Below are positions 17,760 through 27,439 of a DNA stretch of 64,000 bases, one piece after another. A program made the position numbers and the translations under genes. A model generated the notes under the pieces. That model was given only the letters and a program-made list of their open reading frames with translations. It was not told the DNA's origin and made no database searches. Origin of the DNA: a virus; the IMG/VR virus record IMGVR_UViG_3300024302_000005, positions 11,503 to 75,502 of that record. The stretch is one strand, 5' to 3'. Positions within the stretch are counted from its first letter, which is position 1; the number at the start of each line of letters is the position of its first letter.

Positions 17760-19023
17760 TGCCATTAGGGGCATCTGTGATATCTTCTTGGATATCAATC
17801 TAGAGAAACATGCTCTGGCTGTCCTAACTGGATCTGCAGGGGTAGGTAAAACTACCGTGGTAGCTGAGATAATCGAGGCACTGCGGGCTAACTCTCCCGG
17901 CTTAAATATTGAGTTGTGCGCCAGTACCCATAGGGCTGCTGGGGTACTTCAAAATATTGTTGGAGGAGAAGTATCTACTGGTCACTCCCTGTTCAAGCTA
18001 CGTCCATCTATTACCAAGTACGGCAAAGAAACTCTGAAGAGCACAGGCCCTTGTCTTATCCCAAATGGATCAGTCGTCATCATTGACGAATCTTCCATGC
18101 TTGGGAATATATGGCTAAAGGCTGTGGTGGAAACTATTAAGGATCGACATCTGAAGATCCTGTTTGTGGGAGACCCATATCAGTTGGCACCTCCTAAGGA
18201 CGTCTGTAGTATCTTCGATGGATCACTGCCTACCTTTACCCTGACCAAGGTACACCGCCAGGATATCGATAATCCTATCCTCAATAAAGCTATTGAGTAT
18301 CGTGATTTCATCCGCGGTGTTCGAGCTACAGAACCTACCCTGTCAACTGATCTAAATGAACTCGGCCAGGGTATTCAGATGCTGGAGCATGCTGACTTCG
18401 TTAGTGGGTTCGTCAAGCGGTATATTAATTACGTGGCCGGCGAAGAGGTGGATGTACCTTTATGCACATTCACTAACGAGTCTGCTATTAACTACAATAG
18501 CATGATCCGGAAGGCTGCGTACTTCCTGGGAGATACTATCCTGCCCTTCTACGAAGGAGAGCGATTGGTATCCAATGCTATTGTTAAAAACGGTGACCGT
18601 GTTGCTTTAAACAACAACGAATCGGTGACTGTTATTAGCTACTCTACTGCAGACCATAAGGGTATTCCCGGCTACAATGTGAAGGTTCAGGGATCTGCTG
18701 ATTCCTTCAACCGATCAGGGGTTAAGACAGTATTCTGCCCAGCCACTAAAGCTGCTGCAGACAAGATTTTAGATATCTGGTTGAAGGATGCTAAAAGTAC
18801 CAAGTCTTCAACGAACTGGATACAGTACTACGAGCTCAAGAATTCTCTGGCAGACCTGCGGCCGCCATTTGCCGGGACAACTCATAAGGCCCAGGGTGGC
18901 ACCTATCATGCGGTATTTATCGATAGGGTAAATATCAATAAGTGCCATGACCCAATCACTCGGGCCCGGCTAATGTATGTAGCTCTTACTCGAGCTAGCA
19001 CCAACGCATACGTCAACACTTGA
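17728..19023 (+). CDS. SF1B Dda/RecD-like DNA helicase
   Basis: GSAGVGKT, IDESSM, GDPYQL, HRQ, TTHKAQG, YVALTRA. Confidence 0.92.
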   Translation: MSFQLSQDQNDAIRGICDIFLDINLEKHALAVLTGSAGVGKTTVVAEIIEALRANSPGLNIELCASTHRAAGVLQNIVGGEVSTGHSLFKLRPSITKYGKETLKSTGPCLIPNGSVVIIDESSMLGNIWLKAVVETIKDRHLKILFVGDPYQLAPPKDVCSIFDGSLPTFTLTKVHRQDIDNPILNKAIEYRDFIRGVRATEPTLSTDLNELGQGIQMLEHADFVSGFVKRYINYVAGEEVDVPLCTFTNESAINYNSMIRKAAYFLGDTILPFYEGERLVSNAIVKNGDRVALNNNESVTVISYSTADHKGIPGYNVKVQGSADSFNRSGVKTVFCPATKAAADKILDIWLKDAKSTKSSTNWIQYYELKNSLADLRPPFAGTTHKAQGGTYHAVFIDRVNINKCHDPITRARLMYVALTRASTNAYVNT

Positions 19024-19080
19024 TAATTTACACGAATGAGGTTAACTTCAGTCGTGGATTATTAATTGAAAGGTGCTGGC

Positions 19081-19569
19081 ATGACTCCAGAGCAATTACG
19101 TGAATACATCTCCTATAATCCTGTACTCGGTACATTCACCTGGGTACAGACCACCTCGTCGAGAGTGCAAATGGGGAACCCTGCAGGCGGAATAAATAGC
19201 CGCGATGGGTACCACGAAGTTACACTTCACGGAAAGCATTGGTATGGTCATCGACTAGCTTGGTATCTGACACACGGGGTACTGCCTAGAATGATCGACC
19301 ATGTAAATCAGGATAGGGGAGATAATCGTATATCCAATTTACGGGAAGTGAGCTATTCCGACAACGCTAAGAATTGTGGCGTCTCCAAAAACAGTACCAC
19401 CAAGGTCACGGGGGTATACCCCATGCCCAAAAATAGTGGGAAGTGGAGAGCACAGATCACGGTGAATTATAAATCTATTCACCTAGGGGTATTTGACACC
19501 CAAGAAGAGGCCATTGCTGCAAGAACAGCAGCTAAAATTGAACACAAATTTCACAGGAATCACAGCTGA
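19081..19569 (+). mobile_element. HNH-AP2 homing endonuclease
   Basis: HRLAW...IDHVNQDRGDNRISNLR followed by an AP2-like domain (GV...KWRAQI...HLGVF...A..AR). Confidence 0.88.
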
Positions 19570-20555
19570 TGGGCTACGAATACACAAACAAACACAATGT
19601 CTCCTTGGCGCTAGCCGTCTTCTTAATGTTTGACGATTACGAATATGACGACAGGCCTAACTCTGTTAGCGCCACAGGCGTTATGCGACCACTAAGGCAG
19701 CTTGTACTTACACAGCAAAATAAACAGTTGCTTAAAAATGTGGACATTTCTGATTTGGTAGCATCCAGGATGGGACAAGCCATTCACTCCGGGTGTGAAG
19801 AGGCCTGGACTAGCCCAGAGAATGTAGCTAAAGCTCTCCGGGTGCTAGGAGCATCCGAATCCAGCATCGGGCAGGTTAAGATTAACCCTACTGTGGTGGA
19901 GCCTGGGGATATCCCTGTTTACGTAGAGCAGCGCACTGAAAAAGCCATTCTGGATTACATTATTTCTGGCAAGTTTGATCTTGTACTTGACGGTACTCTC
20001 AATGATTATAAGTCCACATCTGTATGGACTCTGATCTACGACAGTAACGCCGAGAACTATACGATTCAGGGCAGCATCTACAAGTGGCTGAACCCTGATA
20101 AGATCACTTCAGATTACATCAATATCAACTACATCTTCACCGACTGGTCAGCTTCTAAAGCTCGTCAGGACCCCAAGCAGTATCCACAGCAACGGGTACT
20201 GACCAAGAAGTACCCACTGTGGGAGCCCCACTACACCGAAGAGTGGCTGAAGAATAAATTGGATATGTTCTCTCGTCTGGAAAAAGCTACTCAAGCTGAA
20301 CTCCCGGAGTGCACCGACGAAGAGCTCTGGGCATCCAAGACCACCCATAAATATTACAAGAACCCAGCTAAGACAGACCGCTCTACCAAGAACTTCGACA
20401 CCATGGATGAAGCTATTCAACGCAAATCTGCTGATGGTGACGTAGGTAAAATTGTGACCGTACCTGGGGAAGTTAAAGCTTGCCGGTACTGCCCGGTAGT
20501 TGGTGTATGTGACCAAGCCGAACTGATGATGGCTGCCGGCCGTCTTGTAATCTAG
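19569..20555 (+). CDS. PD-(D/E)XK nuclease-like protein (N4 gp42-like)
   Basis: G.AIH, VEQR, ISGKFD...DYKST, C-terminal CRYC...C; lies immediately before the primase. Confidence 0.8.
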   Translation: MGYEYTNKHNVSLALAVFLMFDDYEYDDRPNSVSATGVMRPLRQLVLTQQNKQLLKNVDISDLVASRMGQAIHSGCEEAWTSPENVAKALRVLGASESSIGQVKINPTVVEPGDIPVYVEQRTEKAILDYIISGKFDLVLDGTLNDYKSTSVWTLIYDSNAENYTIQGSIYKWLNPDKITSDYININYIFTDWSASKARQDPKQYPQQRVLTKKYPLWEPHYTEEWLKNKLDMFSRLEKATQAELPECTDEELWASKTTHKYYKNPAKTDRSTKNFDTMDEAIQRKSADGDVGKIVTVPGEVKACRYCPVVGVCDQAELMMAAGRLVI

Positions 20556-20564
20556 GGGATCTAC

Positions 20565-22718
20565 ATGAAAAGTTACCACCCGTTATCTGAAAAGATAGTC
20601 GATATTCTTGTGCGCAAGGTCAATAACGATAACCGTCATTTCTTCCGGATCCTGGTAGGCTATTACTTGTCTAAGGTAGCCTCCATGATGCGGTGCAACA
20701 TTCAAACAAATGACCGCGATGTAATTCCGGTCAACACATATGTGCTCAATCTGATGATCTCTGGAACTGGCAAAGGCCATTCCACTAATATTTTAGAACG
20801 AGAGTTCGTTGGGCCCTTCAAGAAGGAATTCCTGGGTAAGGTATTTCCGCAAAAGGCCGAAGAGCACATCCGTGCTTTAGCTGAAGAAAAAGCTAGAGAG
20901 CGAGTCCAAAGCGGTCAAAGTCTGGTGTCCCTCGTTGAGGAAGTTGCTATTCAGCAATCAAAATTTGACTCCCACTTTGACCGTCTTGGTGAGCTCGCAT
21001 TTAGTTTCGACAGTGCAACAACACCTGCTGTTAAGCAGATGCGTGAGAAGCTCCTATTAGCCTCTGCAGGTTCCATGAACTTGGAACTGGATGAGGTGGG
21101 CTCGAACATGTCCGGTAATGCTGAGGTGCTTAATACGTACCTTGAACTCTACGATGTCGGGAACATTAAGCAGAAGCTTATTAAGAACACCGTGGAGAAT
21201 GTTAGATCAGAGGAGTTACCTGGTAACACTCCTACTAATCTAATGCTATTTGGTACTCCCACCAAACTACTGGATGGTGGTAAGGTCGAAGAGGAATTCA
21301 AACAATTCTTGGAGACCGGTTATGCGCGTCGTCTTTTATTCGGTTACACTGTTAGCACTCATCGTACTGTATATAAGTCAGCTAAAGAGCGCTATGCCCA
21401 TATGGTAGACGCCAGTCTGGCTAAAGATGTGGCTGAGATTCAGTCACTATTTGCCAGCTTTGCCAAACGTCCCTTCAATCCAGTACTGCAGGTCTCAGAG
21501 GAGAACTCTATTTATCTGATCGAGTATCAGATGAAATGTGAAGCTCTGGCTGACCAGATGAAGGAGCATCTTGCAGTGCACAAAGCAGAGATGATGCACC
21601 GCTATTACAAGGCTCTTAAATTAGCCGGGGCGTACGCTTTTGCGGATAACTCATCGACAGTGAACAAGGAGCACCTGGACTACGCTATCAGCGTGGTTGA
21701 GGACTCCGGTGAGGCTTTCCACACACTTATGCGGAAACAGGGCCCCTATGAGCGCCTAGCCCACTACCTGGCAGGCTGTGACAACGAAGTGACCCAACAC
21801 GAGCTGATCGAGGAACTGCCCTTCTATAAGGGCTCTGAGTCCCAGCGACGGGATCTAATGACATTAGCTATGTCGTACGGTTATAAAAATAACATCATCA
21901 TTCGGAAACGATCGATGGATGACATTGATTTCTTCTCCGGAGAAACCCTGAGAGAGACCGACCTAGCTAATGTGACGGCCGGTATTAGTCAGGAGATGAC
22001 CTACAATTACTCCACCCAATTCCCTCCATTTGATCAGCTCTACAAGCTGACTACCGCACCATCGTACCATTACACAGCTCATGGCTTCGTAAACGGGCAC
22101 CGTAAGGGTGAGAACGCTATAGCAGGGTTCAATCTATTAATCCTGGACTGTGATGGTGACGTCAGTATCAACATGGTTAAGGCACTGCTGGAAGATTATA
22201 CATTTATGATCTCCACCACTAAACGCCATACCCCTGAGATCAACAGATTCAGGCTGATATTACCTATATCTCATCATCTTAAATTGTCTCCGGAAGAGTA
22301 TTCCAGGTTCATGGTCAACGTATTCGAATGGCTGCCATTCCCTGTTGACGAATCTGCTAAGGACATAGCTCGTAAGTGGGCTTCCCATCCTGGGACCTAC
22401 GAATATAACGATGGGTCTATTCTGGATGCCACTCTGTTTATTCCGGAAACTAAACGATCTGATGAGATGAAGGCACAGCTAACAACGGCTGGTGTCAACA
22501 ACATCGAGCGCTGGTTTCTTACTCACACCTCCCGCGGCAACAGAGCTAACCATCTATATCGTTACGGTATGGTAATGGTTGATGCAGGGTTGCCTTTAGG
22601 TGAGATTATTCAGAAACTGGAGACGTTCAATAATAGTTTGGAAGCACCGCTTCCGGATGATCAGTTCAGGAATAGTACGGTTAAATCTATTAGCCGTGAA
22701 GTTCAAAAGCGTGGTTAA
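20565..22718 (+). CDS. DNA primase (N4 gp43-like)
   Basis: SGTGKG P-loop, DEVGSN, LDCDG, TTKRH...RFRLILP, GNR; conserved gene order. Confidence 0.85.
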   Translation: MKSYHPLSEKIVDILVRKVNNDNRHFFRILVGYYLSKVASMMRCNIQTNDRDVIPVNTYVLNLMISGTGKGHSTNILEREFVGPFKKEFLGKVFPQKAEEHIRALAEEKARERVQSGQSLVSLVEEVAIQQSKFDSHFDRLGELAFSFDSATTPAVKQMREKLLLASAGSMNLELDEVGSNMSGNAEVLNTYLELYDVGNIKQKLIKNTVENVRSEELPGNTPTNLMLFGTPTKLLDGGKVEEEFKQFLETGYARRLLFGYTVSTHRTVYKSAKERYAHMVDASLAKDVAEIQSLFASFAKRPFNPVLQVSEENSIYLIEYQMKCEALADQMKEHLAVHKAEMMHRYYKALKLAGAYAFADNSSTVNKEHLDYAISVVEDSGEAFHTLMRKQGPYERLAHYLAGCDNEVTQHELIEELPFYKGSESQRRDLMTLAMSYGYKNNIIIRKRSMDDIDFFSGETLRETDLANVTAGISQEMTYNYSTQFPPFDQLYKLTTAPSYHYTAHGFVNGHRKGENAIAGFNLLILDCDGDVSINMVKALLEDYTFMISTTKRHTPEINRFRLILPISHHLKLSPEEYSRFMVNVFEWLPFPVDESAKDIARKWASHPGTYEYNDGSILDATLFIPETKRSDEMKAQLTTAGVNNIERWFLTHTSRGNRANHLYRYGMVMVDAGLPLGEIIQKLETFNNSLEAPLPDDQFRNSTVKSISREVQKRG

Positions 22719-22808
22719 TTTAGTACTGTAACAACTCCCACAAAAGGAGGTCGGTATGCGCCATCATTTGTTGTAGTCACAGCTAATAATTTCGATTCAT
22801 CAATTTCA

Positions 22809-22841
22809 GGAACCCCCGGCACCCACTGTCGGGGGTTTTCT
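22809..22841 (+). terminator. intrinsic terminator
   Basis: AACCCCCGGCA-CCCAC-TGTCGGGGGTT followed by TTCT. Confidence 0.75.
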
Positions 22842-22865
22842 GTGCCTCATATTATGGAGATAAAC

Positions 22866-24893
22866 ATGAGCAACTTTGCAGCCTTTAAGGCGGCCGTACA
22901 ACGTCAGTTCGGTCGAATGACCACTGATAATAGCCTCCTGTTTATCGCTGATGTCAGCGGTAGTGACATGTGGGATATGTACCTCGATAGTTTCCCCGCA
23001 GGTACTAATGAAATTTACAAGGAACGCCGTGAATTCGACTGCCAGTGCTGCAAGTCATTCATCAAGCGTATGGGCAACGTAGTAGCCATCGACGATAATA
23101 ACCAGATGATCTCTATCTGGGATGGTGAAGTCGAAGCTCCCTTTGATGTAGTCTCTAAAGCTATGTCCCGCTGGGTCAAATCAGCCCCTGTACGTGATGC
23201 TTTCTATTCCTGGGAGCACAAGGTCGGAACTGACGTCAATCACGCCTACAACGAAGATACGGGCGGTACGATGACCTGGGAGCACTTCTATTTGGAAGTA
23301 CCTCATGCATTTTTCATGGGCAAAGATCTCATCGACTCCAAAAAGGGCCGTATCCGGGATCAGCGTAACGTATTCAAGCGTTCCCTGGATGAGCTAACCT
23401 GGAACTCTGCTGAAATAGTTCTGGAACTAATCGATCAGGGCTCTCTGTACCGTGGTGATGAATTCCGGGTAGCTGTTGCAGCTTTCCTGGAGCTATCCCA
23501 CAAGTACGAAGATGTCCTGGATAGCCAGAAGGACCTCTGGTGCTGGAAACAATCACGATCTAACCCAATGGGTGGGATCCGTAATACGGCTATCGGGACG
23601 TTGTTAATCAACATCTCTGAAGGCCTAGAGCTAGATGTTGCCGTAGGTAAGTTTGAGGCAGTGGTAGCACCCACTAATTACAAACGACCTAAGGCCATCT
23701 TCACCCAAGCCATGCTCAAGGAAGCTGAAGGCACCATCACTGAGATGGGCTATCTTAGCTCCCTGGGCAGGCGTCATGCTAAGATGGACGACATCACTGT
23801 TAATGATGTCCTATTCCTTAATCGGCATGTTGCTAAGACACCAAGCAATGTCTTCGAGGAGATGGCTACGGAAGTAGCTGTTAATCCTAAACAGCTGGAT
23901 AAAGTCGAAGAAGTTAGCGTAGCTGACTTTATCGAGAAGATCCTGCCCAAGGCAGAATCCATCCAGTTGATGATGGAGAATAAGCACCAGGGTAACCTGG
24001 TGACCCTTATTGCACCACAGGATGCTGAAGCCCCTACTATGTTTAAATGGGGTAACAACTTCTCGTGGACCTATGCCGGTGACGTAGCCGACAGCATGAA
24101 GCAGCGTGTTAAAGCTGCTGGTGGTAAGGTCGATGGTGTCCTTCGTTTCTCTTTGCAATGGAACGATACTGGAACTAACCAGAGTGACTTTGACGCTCAC
24201 TGTGTTGAGCCACAGGGCAACCTGATTAGTTACCAAAGTAAGGTTAACCGCCGTACTGGTGGTACTCTCGATGTGGATATTCAAAATCCACGGGGAGAGA
24301 TTGCCGTCGAAAACATCACATGGGCCGACCTCACTAAGATGGATGAAGGTCCTTACAAGTTCCTGGTCCACAATTACTCCCATCGTGGTGATGCCACAGG
24401 CTTTACCGCGGAGATCGAGTATGAAGGTCAGCTCTATTCGTACACTCACGATAAGGAGCTAAAACAGGATGAGAAGGTTGTTGTTGCTGAGATGACTCTT
24501 AGCAAGACCGATGGCATCAAGTTTACGAAGTCACTGGATTCGACGTATACCCAGAAGGAACTTTGGGGTATCAAGACCAACAGCTTTGTAGATGTGTCGT
24601 CAGTAATGCGTAGTCCCAATTATTGGGATGGAGCTAATGGCTCCGGCAATTCCCATCTCATGTTCTTCCTGAATGGCTGTGTTAACTCCAACAATCCACG
24701 GGGTTTCTACAACGAATTCCTGCAGGAACCTCTGCTTGAGCACAAGCGAGTATTCGAAGCTCTCGGATCTAAGATGCGGGTTGAGTACGCCCTGGACCAG
24801 ATGTCTGGTCTCGGCTTCTCTACCACACAGCGCGGTAGCGTCGTAGCTAAGATCGAGGGTTCCTTTGCCCGCACTATTAAGATCAACTTTTAA
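22866..24893 (+). CDS. large phage protein with a CxCC motif and a YfaP/DUF2135-like domain
   Basis: FDCQCCKSF; SLQW...DFDAH..EP.G..I...G.LDVD...VENITW; start taken at MSNF behind GGAGA. Confidence 0.65.
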   Translation: MSNFAAFKAAVQRQFGRMTTDNSLLFIADVSGSDMWDMYLDSFPAGTNEIYKERREFDCQCCKSFIKRMGNVVAIDDNNQMISIWDGEVEAPFDVVSKAMSRWVKSAPVRDAFYSWEHKVGTDVNHAYNEDTGGTMTWEHFYLEVPHAFFMGKDLIDSKKGRIRDQRNVFKRSLDELTWNSAEIVLELIDQGSLYRGDEFRVAVAAFLELSHKYEDVLDSQKDLWCWKQSRSNPMGGIRNTAIGTLLINISEGLELDVAVGKFEAVVAPTNYKRPKAIFTQAMLKEAEGTITEMGYLSSLGRRHAKMDDITVNDVLFLNRHVAKTPSNVFEEMATEVAVNPKQLDKVEEVSVADFIEKILPKAESIQLMMENKHQGNLVTLIAPQDAEAPTMFKWGNNFSWTYAGDVADSMKQRVKAAGGKVDGVLRFSLQWNDTGTNQSDFDAHCVEPQGNLISYQSKVNRRTGGTLDVDIQNPRGEIAVENITWADLTKMDEGPYKFLVHNYSHRGDATGFTAEIEYEGQLYSYTHDKELKQDEKVVVAEMTLSKTDGIKFTKSLDSTYTQKELWGIKTNSFVDVSSVMRSPNYWDGANGSGNSHLMFFLNGCVNSNNPRGFYNEFLQEPLLEHKRVFEALGSKMRVEYALDQMSGLGFSTTQRGSVVAKIEGSFARTIKINF

Positions 24894-24905
24894 CAGGAGA
24901 TACCA

Positions 24906-25292
24906 ATGGCTACTGCCAAACTATTTGAGAAAGCTGTCCGTGCTAAACTCCGGTTTATTACGGAGCGTGGTGTAGTGTCCCTCGAAGATTTGTGGGACTT
25001 GCCCTTGTCGGCATTGAACGACCTGGCAAAGAACACTAACCGAGAGGTCAAAGCTTCGGAAGAAGAAGATTTCTTGAAAACTGCTACTGCTAAGGACAAG
25101 TCCTTGGCTCTGCAGTTTGAGGTTCTTCTGTACGTCCTGAAGACCAAAGTGGAAGAGCGGGATGCCAAGATTGCTTCCGTCGCCAAAGCTGAGCAGAAGG
25201 CCAAGTTGGTCAATGCTCTGGCTCGTAAGCAGGATGCTTCCATGGAAGCTATGTCTGAAGAAGAGATTCAGGCAGCTATCGCTGAACTCTAA
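24906..25292 (+). CDS. coiled-coil protein, partner of the upstream gene
   Basis: AGGAGA SD; FEKAVRAKLRF...G...EDLWDLPL. Confidence 0.7.
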   Translation: MATAKLFEKAVRAKLRFITERGVVSLEDLWDLPLSALNDLAKNTNREVKASEEEDFLKTATAKDKSLALQFEVLLYVLKTKVEERDAKIASVAKAEQKAKLVNALARKQDASMEAMSEEEIQAAIAEL

Positions 25293-25299
25293 CAGTTAA

Positions 25300-25378
25300 A
25301 ACCTCCTAGCTTAACGCAGAGCACCGATCTTCCAGAACATATCGGGGGTTGCAGGTTAAAGTCCTGCGGGGGTTACCA
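25300..25378 (+). ncRNA. non-canonical tRNA-like gene with a 12-nt anticodon loop
   Basis: AACCTCC/GGGGGTT acceptor + A + CCA; GCTT/GAGC D-stem; CCGAT/ATCGG anticodon stem; GCAGG/CCTGC T-stem. Confidence 0.7.
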
Positions 25379-25383
25379 AATTT

Positions 25384-25458
25384 GAGGAGGTGGCGGAATG
25401 GTTACGCGCCAGATTGCAATTCTGGTTTATGCGAGTTCAAATCTCGCCCTCCTCTCCA
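25384..25458 (+). tRNA. tRNA-Cys(GCA)
   Basis: GAGGAGG/CCTCCTC acceptor; CCAGA-TTGCAAT-TCTGG; GCGAG-TTCAAAT-CTCGC; U73 discriminator; encoded CCA. Confidence 0.92.
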
Positions 25459-25476
25459 ATTTTACAGGAGAGCCAA

Positions 25477-26010
25477 ATGGCTAAAGAAAACAAAGGCCAG
25501 CTTAACCCACGGTCACAAGGTCGGCGGTATATTACAGAGCTGCTGAACCAGCACACCGAAAAGGTCAATGATCTGTATGTTAAATACCTCAATGGTATGA
25601 CAGATAAGTTGGTGGCCGAGGAAGTTATACGGGTACACCCGGAGTCAGATTTCGATGGTGACTCCGTAAACGGTATCCGTAGCCGTGCCTGGGGCATGAT
25701 TTACAAAGAGCCTAAGCCAGTAAAACTGACCAATGCGCTGCGCATTGCAAAGTTGGAAGAAGACAACGTCGAGTTGGCAAATACCAACAAAGAGCTGGCA
25801 GAAAATAACAAAAAGATGATGGCTTACATCAAGCAGATCAGCGGAGTCCAGGATAATAGCGACAAAGCTGGTGGCACAGAGTCACCTATGTCTGATAAGA
25901 TGGCCGGCGCAACTGAAGCAGGTGATGTTGTTACCGCTATCTTTGATGCAACAAAACAAACAACCAAGCCTGAACTGGTCGTAAATACTGCTAATACGGT
26001 AGGTGATTAA
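25477..26010 (+). CDS. hypothetical coiled-coil protein
   Basis: start reassigned to MAKENK behind AGGAGA; the upstream extension in the ORF track overlaps the tRNA. Confidence 0.7.
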   Translation: MAKENKGQLNPRSQGRRYITELLNQHTEKVNDLYVKYLNGMTDKLVAEEVIRVHPESDFDGDSVNGIRSRAWGMIYKEPKPVKLTNALRIAKLEEDNVELANTNKELAENNKKMMAYIKQISGVQDNSDKAGGTESPMSDKMAGATEAGDVVTAIFDATKQTTKPELVVNTANTVGD

Positions 26011-26015
26011 TATTT

Positions 26016-26357
26016 GTGAGAGGATACCCAGAACACTGTTAAGGGCCCATCGTCCCCCCAGGATGTGGTCCCTGTCCCGCAGTGGCGAGGGAATGAAATA
26101 TCTTATACAGGGCTAGTCCGTCCATCACACGGCAAATGTTATGGCGGCTCCTGTATAGCAACGGCTTATCACCAAGCATGCTCACTTCAATAGCCTTAAT
26201 TGGCGCATCCTAATGCAGTTCGATTCTGCTGGGTTGCTGACATTTGGTAAGAAAAAGCAGGTTCAACTCCTGCCAGTTACACAGGCCGGTTAATCTAGTA
26301 TTCCCGGAGTACAGAGCGGAGGGTTCCGTGAGCATGACACCTCGGAAAGACGGGGAG
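26016..26357 (+). ncRNA. candidate large structured RNA(s) with two T-arm motifs
   Basis: no ORF in the track; TATACAGG/CCTGTATA; CATGCTCAC/GTGAGCATG; GCAG-TTCGATT-CTGC; GCAGG-TTCAACT-CCTGC. Confidence 0.6.
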
Positions 26358-26384
26358 CTAATTTAATTTAATCAGGAGATACCC

Positions 26385-27113
26385 ATGACTGTTAACGACC
26401 ATCTGTTGTTAATATCAGGCAAGAGTGCGACTGGTAAATCTGCCAGTCTCAAAGATCTAAAAGAGCAGGATGGTGTCCTATACCTGAACTGCGAAAATGG
26501 TAAGAAGCTACCATTCGTCAACAAGTTTAAGCAGTTGACCGTTACTGATACCAGTCAGATCCCTCAGGCGTTCGAGCAGGCCGAGTTAATGCCTGATGCG
26601 CATACTATCATCATTGATACGCTGACGTTCCTGATGAACCTGTATGAGTCCACCAAGGTATTGAATTCAGAAAACACAATGAAGGCCTGGGGTAACTACG
26701 CCCAGTACTTCCAACTGCTCATGTCCCAGTGTGTAGCTAAATCCACCAAGAATGTGATCTTCCTAGCTCACTCCTCTGACATTTACAATGAGAAGGAGCT
26801 AGCTACCGAGACCATGGTTAAGGTCAAAGGTTCTTTGATGAACAACGGTATCGAGAGCTTCTTCACTACTGTCATCTCCTCCAAGAAGATGCCCCTATCT
26901 CAGCTAACAGATACGGTGGCTAAATCTCCTCTGTTTACGATTACCGAGGAAGACGAGCTCTTGGGATTCAAATATGTATTCCAAACCCGGCTAACTAAGG
27001 AAACCGTTAACGAGCGGATCCGTAGTCCCATGGGAATGTGGCCAATCAATGAAACTTTCATTGATAATAATGCACAGAATGTGCTTGATAGGCTCCACGA
27101 CTATTACAGCTAA
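26385..27113 (+). CDS. Sak4-like AAA ATPase (N4 gp44-like)
   Basis: GKSATGKS, YLNCE, IIDTLT, FLAH, RSPMGM. Confidence 0.85.
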   Translation: MTVNDHLLLISGKSATGKSASLKDLKEQDGVLYLNCENGKKLPFVNKFKQLTVTDTSQIPQAFEQAELMPDAHTIIIDTLTFLMNLYESTKVLNSENTMKAWGNYAQYFQLLMSQCVAKSTKNVIFLAHSSDIYNEKELATETMVKVKGSLMNNGIESFFTTVISSKKMPLSQLTDTVAKSPLFTITEEDELLGFKYVFQTRLTKETVNERIRSPMGMWPINETFIDNNAQNVLDRLHDYYS

Positions 27114-27118
27114 CCCTG

Positions 27119-27216
27119 GTGTCCCCAGAGGTTAGGGCAGTAGTGTAAGCCATGCCTGCGCATCCCATATCTCCCACTGTTTTGCGCGGTACTACTGCCC
27201 TATCCCCTGGGGATAC
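27119..27216. ncRNA. long intergenic stem-loop, candidate sRNA
   Basis: GTGTCCCCAG/CTGGGGATAC and TAGGGCAGTAGT/ACTACTGCCCTA. Confidence 0.5.
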
Positions 27217-27236
27217 TTACTTTTACGGAGACCAAG

Positions 27237-27422
27237 ATGCCCGACGAACTACTCGATGAAAAAGAAACGGCAACCAAAAACCTATTAGCAGATTCTGTTA
27301 TTTTAGGGATCATCGCCGTGGAAGATGCCATTGGTCGTACTCTTATTCAGTACCCTACTATGACATTACGGGAATTCACTGTTGTGCTGAAACAGCATAA
27401 AGAAAAGATCCATAAGCTCTAA
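27237..27422 (+). CDS. hypothetical protein
   Basis: GGAG SD. Confidence 0.55.
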   Translation: MPDELLDEKETATKNLLADSVILGIIAVEDAIGRTLIQYPTMTLREFTVVLKQHKEKIHKL

Positions 27423-27439
27423 CGGAACTGGGTACTTTT

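Noticed and set aside
25349-25546. ORFs starting at 25349 and 25390
   Set aside because: They overlap the tRNA genes; the credible start is 25477 behind AGGAGA
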